NCBI GenBank assembly: GCA_963668645.2
Contig: CAXXWC010000019.1
Coordinates: 128,001-192,000 of the forward strand
Length of the DNA stretch: 64,000 nt
Source of the DNA: Desulfobacterales bacterium
GTDB taxonomy: Bacteria > Desulfobacterota > Desulfobacteria > Desulfobacterales > UBA2174
Direction of reading: 5' to 3'
Shown: positions 40,604-50,569 of the stretch, in pieces
Layout of the letters: every line of letters starts with the position of its first letter
How positions within the stretch are numbered: the first letter of the stretch is position 1
Made by a program: the position numbers and the translations under genes
The notes under the pieces: generated by a model
What the model was told of the DNA's origin: nothing
What the model saw: only the letters and a program-made list of their open reading frames with translations
Databases searched by the model: none

Positions 40604-41466
40604 CCTCTTTGACCACATCCCCTGCCACCCTCTACGTGGTGGCCACCCCCATCGGCAACCCGGATGATATCACCCTGCGGGCCCTGCGGGTGCTGGCCGA
40701 AGTGGACTTCATCGCCGCCGAAGACACCCGCAAGACGGGCCAGCTTTTGGCCCATCACGGGATCCAGGGGCACATGGCGGCCTACCATGAGCACAACGAG
40801 GAACGCAAAACCCCCGATCTGATCAGCCGGATCCAGGCCGGCGCTTCGGTGGCCGTCGTCTCGGATGCCGGCACCCCCTCGGTTTCGGACCCGGGGTTTC
40901 GGCTGGTGCGCGCAGCCCTGGCCGCCGGCTTGCCGGTGGTCCCGGTGCCAGGTGTTTCGGCCGCCGTCACGGCCCTGAGCGTTTCCGGGCTGCCCACCGA
41001 CGCCTTTGTCTTTGTCGGCTTTGCCCCTCGCAAAGCCGCGGCCCGCCGCCGTCTTTTCCAACGCCTGGCCCCCCTGGCGGAAACCTTGATCTTCTATGAA
41101 TCGCCGCGGCGCATCACCGGCCTGCTGGCGGATCTGGCCGAGGTCTGCGGGGATCGCCAGGCGGTCCTGGGCCGTGAGATGACCAAGACCTACGAAGAAT
41201 TTTTGCGCGGACCGCTCTCTTTGCTTGGAGATCAGCTGGCGCAAAGACCCGCGGTACGCGGCGAAGTGACCCTGCTGGTCGCCGGGGCCACCGAAGGGCA
41301 GGAGGTGGACTCCGATCTGCTGCGCGCCGTTCTCCAGGAAGCCTTTGAAAACGGCACCACCACCTTTTCACAGGCCGTCCAGCAAACGGCCGAAAGGCTC
41401 GGGGTGGCGCGCCGCCAAGTCTACCAGCTCGCCTTGCAGCTCAAGGGCCGGCCCCATGGCGGCTGA
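40600..41466 (+). CDS. rsmI: 16S rRNA C1402 2'-O-methyltransferase
   Basis: LYVVATPIGN, AAEDTR, SDAGTP.VSDPG, FYESP and REMTK motifs. Confidence 0.95.
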   Translation: MTSLTTSPATLYVVATPIGNPDDITLRALRVLAEVDFIAAEDTRKTGQLLAHHGIQGHMAAYHEHNEERKTPDLISRIQAGASVAVVSDAGTPSVSDPGFRLVRAALAAGLPVVPVPGVSAAVTALSVSGLPTDAFVFVGFAPRKAAARRRLFQRLAPLAETLIFYESPRRITGLLADLAEVCGDRQAVLGREMTKTYEEFLRGPLSLLGDQLAQRPAVRGEVTLLVAGATEGQEVDSDLLRAVLQEAFENGTTTFSQAVQQTAERLGVARRQVYQLALQLKGRPHGG

Positions 41467-41507
41467 CCTTATCGGAAATTGACTCTCAACTTGCAGGAGA
41501 ACGCGAC

Positions 41508-43679
41508 ATGGACCGACTGGACGCCATCTTCAACCCCGCCTCCGTGGCCGTGGTCGGCGCATCCACCTCCCCCGGCAAGGTGGGCCACGACATCTTCGTC
41601 AACATCCTCAAGGGCGGCTTTACCGGCACCCTCTATCCGGTCAACCCCTCGGCACGCAGCGTGGCCAGCGTGCGGGCCTACCCGACGATCGCCGAGATCC
41701 CCGACAGCGTGGACCTGGCCATGATCATCGTGCCCCCGCGCGTAGCGCTCAGAAGCGTCGAGGACGCCATCGCCAAGGGGATCAAGGGAATCGTGATCGT
41801 TTCGGCCGGATTCCGCGAGGTGGGCGGCGAAGGCCTCGAGATCGAAAACCGCCTGGTGGCCATGTGCCGCGAGGCCGGGGTGCGCCTGGTGGGCCCCAAC
41901 TGCCTGGGGGTGATCAACCCGAATCCGCTGGTGCGTCTCAATGCGAGCTTCTCGGCCCGCATGCCCAAACCGGGCAACATCTCGTTCATCTCCCAGAGCG
42001 GGGCCCTGTGCACCGCCGTCCTCGATTTCGCCGCCGACCGGGAGTTCGGCTTTTCCAAGTTCATCTCCATCGGCAACAAGGCCGACGTGGACGAACTCGA
42101 CCTGCTGCGCTATCTGCATGCCGACCCGGATACCGAGGTCATCATGCTCTATGTCGAGGAACTGCGGCGCAGCGGTCGCGAGCTGATCGAGACCGTCAAG
42201 GAGATCACCGCCGGGGACCGGCCCACGCCGGTTTTGGCCATAAAATCGGGCCGAACCACCGCCGGGGCGGCTGCGGCGGCCTCCCACACCGGTTCCCTGG
42301 CCGGCAGCGAGGCCCTCTACGACGCCCTTTTCCGCCAGTGCGGGATCATCCGCGTCGATTCCATCGACGAGCTTTTCGACTTCGGATCGGCCTTCGCCTA
42401 CAAGAACGAAAGCGCCCTGGGCAAGCTGCGGCGCAAGGTGCCGGACGGCAACCGGGTGGCCATCGTGACCAACGCCGGCGGCCCGGGGATCGTGGCCACC
42501 GACATGACCGTCTCCACCGGGCTGCGCCTGGCCGAATTTTCCCAGGAGACCATCGAGGCTCTGGCCAGCCACCTGCCGGCGGCGGCCAACCTGCACAACC
42601 CGGTGGACGTCATCGGCGACGCGGCCCAGGACCGCTATGAAAACGCCCTTGCCGCCGTGATCCGCGACGAGAACGTCGACGGCGCCATGGTCATCCTCAC
42701 CCCCCAATCGATGACCAATGTCCTCGGCACGGCCGAAGCCATCGCCCACATCGCCCGGCGCAGCCACAAACCGATCATCTGCTGCTTCATGGGGGTGGTG
42801 GACGTCTCTCCTGGGGTCAAGTATCTCCAGGAGCACGGGATCCCGGTCTACCGGTTTCCGGAAAACGCCGCCAAGGCCTTCGGGGCCCTCTACCGCTACA
42901 GCCAGTGGCTCAACCGCCAGGTCCTGGCCCCCTTCTCCCTGAGCCATGATGTGAACCGGGCCAAATCGATCATTCAGACCTGCCTTAACCGGGGCCAGAC
43001 CTACCTGGGCGAGCTGGACGGCCTGGACCTGCTGGCCTGCTACGGCTTCAAAACCCTGCCCACCCAACTGGCTGCCAGCCCCGACGAAGCCGTGGAGGTG
43101 GCCGAAGAAATCGGTTTTCCGGTGGTGATGAAGATCGTCTCGCCCCAGATCGTGCACAAGAGCGACGCGGGCGGGGTGCGCGTCGGGCTGACCGACGCCG
43201 CGGCGGTGTCCGAAGCCTACGTGGAAATCGTTGCCAATGCCCGGCGCTTCGATGCCGCGGCGCGCATCGACGGGGTCCTGGTGCAGCAGATGGCGCCGGC
43301 CGGGGTTGAAGCCATCCTGGGGGTAACGCGCTATCCGGTCTTCGGCCCCCTTTTGATGTTCGGCCTGGGCGGGATCTTCGTGGAAGTCTTCAAGGACGTG
43401 GTCTTTCGCCTGGCGCCGGTGACACGCACCTCGGCCCGGCGCATGGTCCGCAGCATCCGCGGCTTTTCGCTGCTCGAGGGGGTGCGCGGGCGGCCCCGGG
43501 CCGACATCGAAAACCTGGAACGGATGCTCGTGAGCCTTTCCGACATGGCCCTGGACCATCCCCAGATCAAGGAGCTGGACATCAATCCGCTGCGGCTTCA
43601 CCCCCAGGACGAAGGCCATACCGTGGCCGACTGCCGCATCCTCCTGGATCCGGACGCCAAAACCGAGAGCGGGTCTTGA
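41508..43679 (+). CDS. ADP-forming acyl/acetate--CoA ligase, fused alpha-beta
   Basis: VAVVGAS, GPNCLG, SQSG, SHTGSLAG, NPVD and HKSDAGGV ATP-grasp motifs. Confidence 0.92.
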   Translation: MDRLDAIFNPASVAVVGASTSPGKVGHDIFVNILKGGFTGTLYPVNPSARSVASVRAYPTIAEIPDSVDLAMIIVPPRVALRSVEDAIAKGIKGIVIVSAGFREVGGEGLEIENRLVAMCREAGVRLVGPNCLGVINPNPLVRLNASFSARMPKPGNISFISQSGALCTAVLDFAADREFGFSKFISIGNKADVDELDLLRYLHADPDTEVIMLYVEELRRSGRELIETVKEITAGDRPTPVLAIKSGRTTAGAAAAASHTGSLAGSEALYDALFRQCGIIRVDSIDELFDFGSAFAYKNESALGKLRRKVPDGNRVAIVTNAGGPGIVATDMTVSTGLRLAEFSQETIEALASHLPAAANLHNPVDVIGDAAQDRYENALAAVIRDENVDGAMVILTPQSMTNVLGTAEAIAHIARRSHKPIICCFMGVVDVSPGVKYLQEHGIPVYRFPENAAKAFGALYRYSQWLNRQVLAPFSLSHDVNRAKSIIQTCLNRGQTYLGELDGLDLLACYGFKTLPTQLAASPDEAVEVAEEIGFPVVMKIVSPQIVHKSDAGGVRVGLTDAAAVSEAYVEIVANARRFDAAARIDGVLVQQMAPAGVEAILGVTRYPVFGPLLMFGLGGIFVEVFKDVVFRLAPVTRTSARRMVRSIRGFSLLEGVRGRPRADIENLERMLVSLSDMALDHPQIKELDINPLRLHPQDEGHTVADCRILLDPDAKTESGS

Positions 43680-44269
43680 ATCTCTTTGCCGTGATTCTCC
43701 CGGTGCCGGCCGATGCCGTTAACCGCTATGGCCGCGGACGGCATCGCCAATTGCAGACCCTGGCCCGCCAGGCGGTGCACCAGGCGGCCGCCCGCAACGG
43801 CCATCCGATCGAAAGGCTCGATCAGGAAGAAGGCGGCCGGCCCCTGCCCTGGGCCGGTATCCACTGGTCTTTGAGCCATAAGACCCGGTATGTGGCCGGG
43901 ATCACGGCTCCGGCGCCGGTGGGCATCGATCTGGAATGGGTGCGCCCCATGACCGCTGGGATGTATGCCCGGGTGGGGCGGTCTTTGGATTGGGACCTGC
44001 TTGGGGAGCGCACGCCGGTTTCCTTTTTCCGCCTCTGGACCGCCAAGGAGGCGGTGATCAAAGCGGTGGGCACGGGCCTGCGCGACCTGGACCGCTGCAT
44101 TCTGGTTGAGGCGGGGGATGATATCCTGGTCATGGCGCTCGGCGAAACCTGTTGGACGGTGCACCAGCGGGCCTTCGACGACCACCTGGCCGCCGTGGCG
44201 GCCGCCGGCGAGTACCGGGTGGTGTGGGAGCTGCCGCCATCCGCCAGCGATGGGGGAGGCATTCTTTAG
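43676..44269 (+). CDS. 4'-phosphopantetheinyl transferase (Sfp-type)
   Basis: WSLSH, VGIDLE and WTAKEAVIKA motifs. Confidence 0.85.
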   Translation: MNLFAVILPVPADAVNRYGRGRHRQLQTLARQAVHQAAARNGHPIERLDQEEGGRPLPWAGIHWSLSHKTRYVAGITAPAPVGIDLEWVRPMTAGMYARVGRSLDWDLLGERTPVSFFRLWTAKEAVIKAVGTGLRDLDRCILVEAGDDILVMALGETCWTVHQRAFDDHLAAVAAAGEYRVVWELPPSASDGGGIL

Positions 44270-44482
44270 GCACGACGAGGGATCTCTTGCCGAATGCCGC
44301 CACTTCCCGCCCTTGTTCCCAAATGCAGATTCCTCCCCGCCAAGGCTCATCGGAATAGCAGCGGGAGCAGGATGGCATTCCGAGGCACGATGGGGGATCT
44401 GCAGTGGGGTAACAGGGCGGGAGGAATCCATAAAATTGACCTGCCTTTCCCAAAGCATTCCCGAATTCTGCCCCAGGGCGAA

Positions 44483-44511
44483 TTGACGCCGCCATGCGGC
44501 CCTGGTAGGAT
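44483..44511 (+). promoter_or_regulatory. Putative sigma70 promoter of the beta-CASP gene
   Basis: TTGACG-17 bp-TAGGAT with an extended -10 TG. Confidence 0.6.
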
Positions 44512-44572
44512 TCTTAAATCCTTCATCGACTGGCACCCTCGATCTCCAGCCCCCACTGAAAAGGAACATTTC

Positions 44573-46150
44573 ATGGACATCACCTTCCACGGCGCAGTCA
44601 GAGAGGTCACCGGATCGCTGCATCTTCTCACCCACGGCCGGGACAGTATCCTTCTCGACTGCGGCCTGTTCCAGGGCCGGCGCAAGGAAACCGCCGCCAA
44701 GAACCGCAGCCTGCCCCTTTCCCCGGAAAAGATCACCAACGTGGTGCTCTCCCATGCCCACATCGACCATTCGGGCCGCATCCCGGTTCTGACCCGTGGG
44801 GCTTTCGGCGGGCGGGTGGTCTGCACCCGGCCGACGCTGGACGCCTGCACCTACCTGCTGCCGGATTCAGGCCACATTCAGGAATCGGACGCCGACTACC
44901 TCAACTACAAGAGCATCCGCAATCTGCTCAGCAACCAGCGCCAGGATCGCGACGGGGTGAATATTCCCCGTTTCCAGCGCCAGGAATTGCAGGAACTGCT
45001 TAAAAAAGGCGCCCACAGGCTCGATCGCGATCGGATCGGCGAACTGATGGCCGAGTATCATCTCGATACCGTCCACCCCCTCTATACCCAGCAGGATGCG
45101 GAAAACGCCCTGGATCTCTTCGACGGATACCCGTACGGGTTTCCCGTTACCGTGGGCCGGGGGCTGACCTGCACCTTCTACGATGCCGGCCACATCCTCG
45201 GTTCGGCGGTGAGCATTCTGCAAGCCAGGCATCAGGGCCGCACGGTCACCCTGGCTTACACGGGCGATATCGGCCGCTACGATACCGCCATTCTCAACGA
45301 TCCGTGCCAGGACTTCGAACCCGAGCACCGGCGCATCGACCTGCTGGTGATGGAAAGCACCTACGGGGATCGATTGCACGAACCGGTTCAGGGGTTGCCC
45401 GACCGGCTGCGCCAGGTGCTGATCGAAACCCACGAACGCGGCGGGACCCTTCTGATTCCGTCCTTTGCCTTCGGCCGTACCCAGGAACTGCTCTACGTCC
45501 TGCACGGTCTTTACGACAGCGGCGCAGTGCCGCGCCTGCCGATCTTCGTCGACAGCCCCCTGGCCACCCGCATGACCCGGGTCTACGGGGAGCACCCGGA
45601 AGTCTACGATCAACAGGCCCACCGGACCTTTTTACGAAAGGGAAAGAACCCCTTCGATTTCAAGCAGGTCCATTTCGTCACGGCGGTGGAGGACTCCATG
45701 GCCTTGATGCGGGAAGAAAATCCGCACATCGTCATCGCCTCCTCGGGAATGTGTGAAGCCGGCCGGATCCTGCATCACCTGCGCTACAAGATCCACAATC
45801 CCAAGAACACCATCCTCATCGTCGGCTACATGGCCCAGCACACACTGGGCCGGCGCATCATGGAACAGGGCGAAGCCTATGAGGCCGGTGGGCGCCGGGG
45901 AGATGTCCCCATGGTGCGCTTTCTCAACAAAACCTATCCATTGCAGGCCCACGTGGTGCGCCTGGGCGGCTTCAGCGCCCATGGCGATAGAGATGAGATG
46001 GTGCGCTTTCTCAAATCCTCCGGCCTCGAAATCCGGCGCATCGCCCTGGTCCACGGCGAGGAAGACCAGAGCCTGGCACTGGCCGATCATCTGCGCGGCT
46101 TGGGCTATAACGTCGAGGTTCCCGAACCGGGACAAACGTTCACGATTTAG
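44573..46150 (+). CDS. Beta-CASP MBL-fold ribonuclease-like protein
   Basis: EVTGS, LSHAHIDHSG, AGHILGS, TGD, MESTYG, FSAHGD and LVHGE motifs. Confidence 0.9.
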   Translation: MDITFHGAVREVTGSLHLLTHGRDSILLDCGLFQGRRKETAAKNRSLPLSPEKITNVVLSHAHIDHSGRIPVLTRGAFGGRVVCTRPTLDACTYLLPDSGHIQESDADYLNYKSIRNLLSNQRQDRDGVNIPRFQRQELQELLKKGAHRLDRDRIGELMAEYHLDTVHPLYTQQDAENALDLFDGYPYGFPVTVGRGLTCTFYDAGHILGSAVSILQARHQGRTVTLAYTGDIGRYDTAILNDPCQDFEPEHRRIDLLVMESTYGDRLHEPVQGLPDRLRQVLIETHERGGTLLIPSFAFGRTQELLYVLHGLYDSGAVPRLPIFVDSPLATRMTRVYGEHPEVYDQQAHRTFLRKGKNPFDFKQVHFVTAVEDSMALMREENPHIVIASSGMCEAGRILHHLRYKIHNPKNTILIVGYMAQHTLGRRIMEQGEAYEAGGRRGDVPMVRFLNKTYPLQAHVVRLGGFSAHGDRDEMVRFLKSSGLEIRRIALVHGEEDQSLALADHLRGLGYNVEVPEPGQTFTI

Positions 46151-46159
46151 CCAACGCTG

Positions 46160-46196
46160 GCATGTATCGATATGTTTCATTGATACATGCTTGTCT
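46160..46196 (+). terminator. Hairpin after the beta-CASP gene
   Basis: GCATGTATC...GATACATGC stem followed by TTGTCT. Confidence 0.5.
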
Positions 46197-46528
46197 CACC
46201 TTTCACCGTAGGATTTCCCACAACCCTGAAAAAGGGGGCGTATCGCCTGCTGCTGATCCCATGACCATCTCACCATTGACCGTGCCAGGCGCGCTGCAGC
46301 GCGGAATCTGGCTCTTTTGCCGCCACTGTGTGCACCGTGGGAAATCCACATCCTGAAAATAGCGCCGGGGAAAAATCAAAAAGACCCAAACCCCGGATGC
46401 TGTTTTGGCGCAGGGGCCGGGTGTTTCATACGAGACAGCCGCCTGAGGGGTGGCGAAGTGTGCGGATTGTCAAAAATCAGTCAGAATTTACGGCAGGATA
46501 TCTAATTTCTTGAAATTTTAAAAATCGT

Positions 46529-46556
46529 TGGCATATATATTGATAATGAGAACTAA
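46529..46556 (+). promoter_or_regulatory. Candidate sigma54-like promoter overlapped by a Fur/PerR-like box
   Basis: TGGCAT-N5-TTGAT (-24/-12 variant) and TTGATAATGAGAACTAA in an AT-rich patch. Confidence 0.35.
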
Positions 46557-46621
46557 ACAAAGTAGCGCGATGGCTGCCAGCTTGCAGCCGGTATCTTTCA
46601 CCGATTCGAAAGCCGTTACCC

Positions 46622-46831
46622 GTGAAGCCCTGCGACCACAACCTGCAAGAAGCGCTGGATCTGGCCGAAAAACTGATCGCCCTCTCTTTCAGGGGCGACG
46701 ACCAGCGGGAAGACAATGAATGCGGCATTCTTTACGGGGTGATGCGGGACGCCGGCTTTCAGATTCGCAATCTGGCTCAGCGTGAAGTGCACCACCACCA
46801 CCGGCGCAAGACGCGAAAAGCGGGAGGTTGA
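46622..46831 (+). CDS. Small hypothetical protein heading the oxygen-defence cluster
   Basis: GTG start; KPCD...REDNECGILYG and a His-rich tail. Confidence 0.7.
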   Translation: MKPCDHNLQEALDLAEKLIALSFRGDDQREDNECGILYGVMRDAGFQIRNLAQREVHHHHRRKTRKAGG

Positions 46832-46941
46832 AACCCCACCTGCACAAATGACAGCGACCGCGGATGGGGAAAACGTGCAACTTTGTTTCCAAACCGGCGG
46901 ATCCTGAATCGATCCGCTAAACTCAGTAAAAGGAGGACAAC

Positions 46942-47517
46942 GTGCCAAGCATCAAGGGAACCCGTACCGAGAAAAATCTTTTGGCCTCATTTGCAGGCGA
47001 ATCCCAGGCCCGCAACCGCTACACCTACTTCGCTGGAGTGGCCCGCAAGGAAGGCTACGTCCAGATTGCCGACATCTTCGAAGAAACCGCTAATCAGGAA
47101 AAGGAACACGCCAAGCGCTTCTTCAAGTTCCTCGAAGGGGGCATGGTGGAAATTCAGGCGGCCTACCCGGCCGGCGTCATCGGTACGACGTTGGAAAACC
47201 TCAAGGCTGCGGCGGTCGGCGAGCACGAGGAGCATACCGACCTCTACCCGGAATTTGCCCGGGTGGCCCGGGAAGAGGGGTTTGTCGCCATCGCCATGGT
47301 TTACGAAGCGGTTTGCGTCGCGGAACGCCAGCACGAAAAACGCTACAACGACCTGGCCGCCAACATCGAAGCCGGCCGTGTCTTCAAACGCGAACAGCCC
47401 GTGGTCTGGCGCTGCCGCAACTGCGGTTACCTTCATGAAGGCGCCAGCGCACCGGAAATGTGTCCGGCCTGCGCCCATCCCCAGGCCCACTTCGAGCTGC
47501 TCGGGGAAAATTGGTAA
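46942..47517 (+). CDS. rbr: Rubrerythrin
   Basis: FAGESQARNRY, EKEH and ERQH diiron motifs; C-terminal CRNCGY...CPAC. Confidence 0.96.
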   Translation: MPSIKGTRTEKNLLASFAGESQARNRYTYFAGVARKEGYVQIADIFEETANQEKEHAKRFFKFLEGGMVEIQAAYPAGVIGTTLENLKAAAVGEHEEHTDLYPEFARVAREEGFVAIAMVYEAVCVAERQHEKRYNDLAANIEAGRVFKREQPVVWRCRNCGYLHEGASAPEMCPACAHPQAHFELLGENW

Positions 47518-47625
47518 CCGCGACAAGGACCCTGCACGATCGACGGCGGCATCCGGTGCCTGAACGGATCAAGCACCCGGCTGCCGGCAGGCCAAGAATC
47601 CAATACGTCAAAAAGGAGACATTCG

Positions 47626-48000
47626 ATGGCTGAAAGACTCGAAGTTTACAAATGTGAAGTATGCGGAAACATCGTGGAAGTGCTGCATGGCGGGGCCGGT
47701 GAGCTGGTTTGCTGCGGCCAGCCGATGGTCAAGATGACCGAGAACACGGTGGATGCGGCCAAGGAAAAGCATGTCCCGGTAATTGAAAAGATCGAAGGCG
47801 GCTACAAGGTCAAGGTCGGCAGCGTGGCCCATCCGATGGAAGAAAAACACTATATCGAATGGATCGAACTGATCGCCGACGGCAAGGCCTACCGCCAGTT
47901 CCTCAAACCGGGTGAAACCCCCGAGGCGGTCTTCATGATCGAGGCGGCCAGCGTCACGGCGCGCGAGTATTGCAACATCCACGGGCTGTGGAAGGCCTGA
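47626..48000 (+). CDS. dfx: Desulfoferrodoxin (superoxide reductase)
   Basis: [23 protein letters not shown] and CNIHG motifs. Confidence 0.97.
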   Translation: MAERLEVYKCEVCGNIVEVLHGGAGELVCCGQPMVKMTENTVDAAKEKHVPVIEKIEGGYKVKVGSVAHPMEEKHYIEWIELIADGKAYRQFLKPGETPEAVFMIEAASVTAREYCNIHGLWKA

Positions 48001-48011
48001 AGCGTTCTCGT

Positions 48012-48058
48012 TTTTGATGCGGCCGGAAGGGACCCGGGGCCCGGCCGGCGCATCAAAA
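48012..48058. terminator. Bidirectional-type hairpin after dfx
   Basis: TTTTGATGCG...CGCATCAAAA outer stem with a GCCGG/CCGGC extension. Confidence 0.45.
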
Positions 48059-48122
48059 TGCTAATATATCAACGCCCGGTTCCTTGCTCGCAAGGGGCCG
48101 GGCCCAACCCGAGGAGGCTCCC

Positions 48123-48278
48123 ATGGCAAGCTGGAAATGCCAGAACTGCGGCTACACTTTCGAGGCCGAAGCGCCTCCGGAAAAATGCCCGTCCTGCAAG
48201 CAGACTTGCGAATTCGTGGACAACACCTGCTATACCCCTGATTGTCAGCACCAGGGGACGGATCCGCGGATCAAGTAA
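48123..48278 (+). CDS. Small rubredoxin-like protein
   Basis: WKCQNCGY...CPSC plus extra Cys (TCEF, TCYTPDC); RBS GAGGAGG. Confidence 0.8.
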   Translation: MASWKCQNCGYTFEAEAPPEKCPSCKQTCEFVDNTCYTPDCQHQGTDPRIK

Positions 48279-48363
48279 GCCCGGCGCGATTTGCACCCGC
48301 CGGGACCGGATCTGAAGAATTTGAACAGTCGTTTTTCCTGACGCGCAATTGGAGGGCCGATTG

Positions 48364-48801
48364 ATGGCCAACGCACTGATCGTCTATGCCACCCGAAGCG
48401 GCGAAACCGGCCGCATCGCCGAGCTGATCGCCGAGGGGCTCCGTTTCGGCGGCGCCCAGGCGACCGTCGTCAATGTCAACGAAATCAAGTCCGAAACCGC
48501 CCTGAATGGCTACGATGCCCTGGTCTTCGGCGCCCCGACCTATCACGGCGACATGACCCAGAGTATGAAAACGTTTCTCTTTCTGGCGGAAAAGGCCGAT
48601 CTGGCAGGCAAAGTCGGCGGTGCGTTCGGAGCCTTCGGCTGGAGCGGCGAAGCTCCTGACCGCATCTTTGATACCATGCGGCACATCTTCAGAATGGAGA
48701 TGGTCAACGGACCGCTACGCCTCAAGTCCAGCAAACTCGGCGGCGGCCTGCAGATGGCCCAGGACTACGGACGGCAGATCGCCAAGAAGCTCGGTCTGTA
48801 A
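48364..48801 (+). CDS. Flavodoxin-domain protein
   Basis: YATRSGET, GAPTY and FGAFGWSGEA motifs. Confidence 0.88.
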   Translation: MANALIVYATRSGETGRIAELIAEGLRFGGAQATVVNVNEIKSETALNGYDALVFGAPTYHGDMTQSMKTFLFLAEKADLAGKVGGAFGAFGWSGEAPDRIFDTMRHIFRMEMVNGPLRLKSSKLGGGLQMAQDYGRQIAKKLGL

Positions 48802-48853
48802 ACCCGGCGCCCGGCGTGCCGGACGCCCGCCAGCCCTCAAAAAGGAGGTCGCC

Positions 48854-49039
48854 ATGTCTACGCCAAAACATTGTCCCGGCTTTGAACAGCACAAGTCCCT
48901 CAAGTCGTTCATATGCAAATGCCCGCAATGCGGTGTAGCGGCGGAGATCTTCTCCGATGAATTCGACCGGCCGCATACCTGCAAAGCCTGCGGCAAACCG
49001 ATCGACTTCACCCAATGCACCCTGGACGGACAGGCCTGA
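48854..49039 (+). CDS. Small zinc-ribbon-like Cys-rich protein
   Basis: HCPG, CKCPQCG, EIFSDE and CKACG; RBS AAGGAGG. Confidence 0.78.
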   Translation: MSTPKHCPGFEQHKSLKSFICKCPQCGVAAEIFSDEFDRPHTCKACGKPIDFTQCTLDGQA

Positions 49040-49206
49040 TCCGCACGCGGCGCTGCGGGCCGATTCCGGCCGGCAGCGTGCTGTGAACACCTGGCTGACC
49101 TCTTCTTTTTGATGCGGAAAAAATCCGCCGGGATGGCTGCGGCCAGACGATGGCCGTACCGGTGGAACGCGCTGCCGGCTATAGACCGCCGGCCGAGGAG
49201 GATTTA

Positions 49207-50511
49207 ATGGATGTCGTGATGCTGTCGCGGCTGCAATTTGCGGCCGCCACCATGTTTCATTTTCTCTTCGTACCCCTCACCCTGGGATTGTCGATCCTGG
49301 TGGCCTGGATGGAAACACGCTACGTGCGCACCGGAGACGCCACCTATCTGCGCATGACCAAGTTCTGGGGCAAGATCTTTTTGATCAATTTCGCCCTGGG
49401 CGTGGTGACCGGCATCACGCTGGAATTCCAGTTCGGCACCAATTGGTCGCGCTATTCGGCCTATGTGGGGGATATTTTCGGATCTTTGCTGGCCATTGAA
49501 GCCTCGGTGGCCTTTTTTCTCGAATCGACCTTCATCGGGGTGTGGATCTTCGGCTGGAAACGTCTTTCGGCACGGGCCCATGCCACCGTGATGTGGCTGG
49601 TGGCCGCCGCGAGCAATATCAGTGCCCTGTGGATCCTGACGGCCAACGGATGGATGCAGCAGCCGGTGGGGTTCACCCTGCGCGACGGGCGGGCCGAGCT
49701 GGTCGATTTCGCCGCGGTGGTATTCAACAAGTTCGGACTGCTGGAGTTTATCCATACTTTAAGCGGCGCCTATATCCTTTCGGCCTTCGTGGTGATGGGC
49801 ATCAGCGCCTACCACCTGCTCAAAAAGCAGCATGTCGTTTTTTTCACCCGCTCTTTTCGCACCGCCCTGGTTTTTGGACTGGTCTTTTCGGTCTTCATCG
49901 TGATCAACGGTGACATGCACGCCGTGCACGTCACCGAGGTTCAACCGACCAAACTGGCCGCCATGGAGGCCCACTGGGAGACCACCACCCGTGCCCCGAT
50001 TCACCTGTTTGCCATCCCGGACGCCGAAAACGAACGCAACCTGATGCAGTTCGGCTCGATTCCGGGAGCGCTGAGCTTTCTCGGATTCCACGATCTGGAT
50101 GCCGAGGTTCGCGGGTTGAAGGACTTTCCCAAAGACGAGCGGCCGCCGGTATTGCCGACCTTCATCAGCTTCCGCGTCATGGTGGCCCTGGGCACCCTTT
50201 TCCCGATTCTGATGATCGCAGGTTGGTTCAAACGCAACCGTCTGGTGGAAAGTCCGAAGTACTTGAAAATCATGCTCTGGGCCATCCCCCTGCCCTACAT
50301 CGCCAACGAATTGGGATGGATGCTGGCCGAAGTGGGGCGCCAGCCATGGATCGTCTATGGGTTGATGAAGACTTCGGATGCCGCCTCACCGGTGGCTGCC
50401 GGCCAGGTCGGTGTGACCCTGGCGGCCTTTGTTCTGGTCTACGGACTGCTGGGCGCGGTCGGGTTTTTCCTGATGCGGCGCACGGCCATCGCCGGGCCGC
50501 CGGAAGCCTGA
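49207..50511 (+). CDS. cydA: Cytochrome bd oxidase subunit I
   Basis: LSRLQFA...FHFLF, EFQFGTNW, QPTKLAAME and GRQPW motifs. Confidence 0.97.
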   Translation: MDVVMLSRLQFAAATMFHFLFVPLTLGLSILVAWMETRYVRTGDATYLRMTKFWGKIFLINFALGVVTGITLEFQFGTNWSRYSAYVGDIFGSLLAIEASVAFFLESTFIGVWIFGWKRLSARAHATVMWLVAAASNISALWILTANGWMQQPVGFTLRDGRAELVDFAAVVFNKFGLLEFIHTLSGAYILSAFVVMGISAYHLLKKQHVVFFTRSFRTALVFGLVFSVFIVINGDMHAVHVTEVQPTKLAAMEAHWETTTRAPIHLFAIPDAENERNLMQFGSIPGALSFLGFHDLDAEVRGLKDFPKDERPPVLPTFISFRVMVALGTLFPILMIAGWFKRNRLVESPKYLKIMLWAIPLPYIANELGWMLAEVGRQPWIVYGLMKTSDAASPVAAGQVGVTLAAFVLVYGLLGAVGFFLMRRTAIAGPPEA

Positions 50512-50569
50512 TCCGGTGCAGCCTGCCATCCAACCATATGACCGTCTTTTTTGATCGGGAGAAGCAACC

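Noticed and set aside
46318..46350. GCCACTG...TGGGAA resembling part of a cobalamin riboswitch
   Set aside because: The other conserved blocks (AGGGAA-GGTG-AATCC and the B12 box) are missing.
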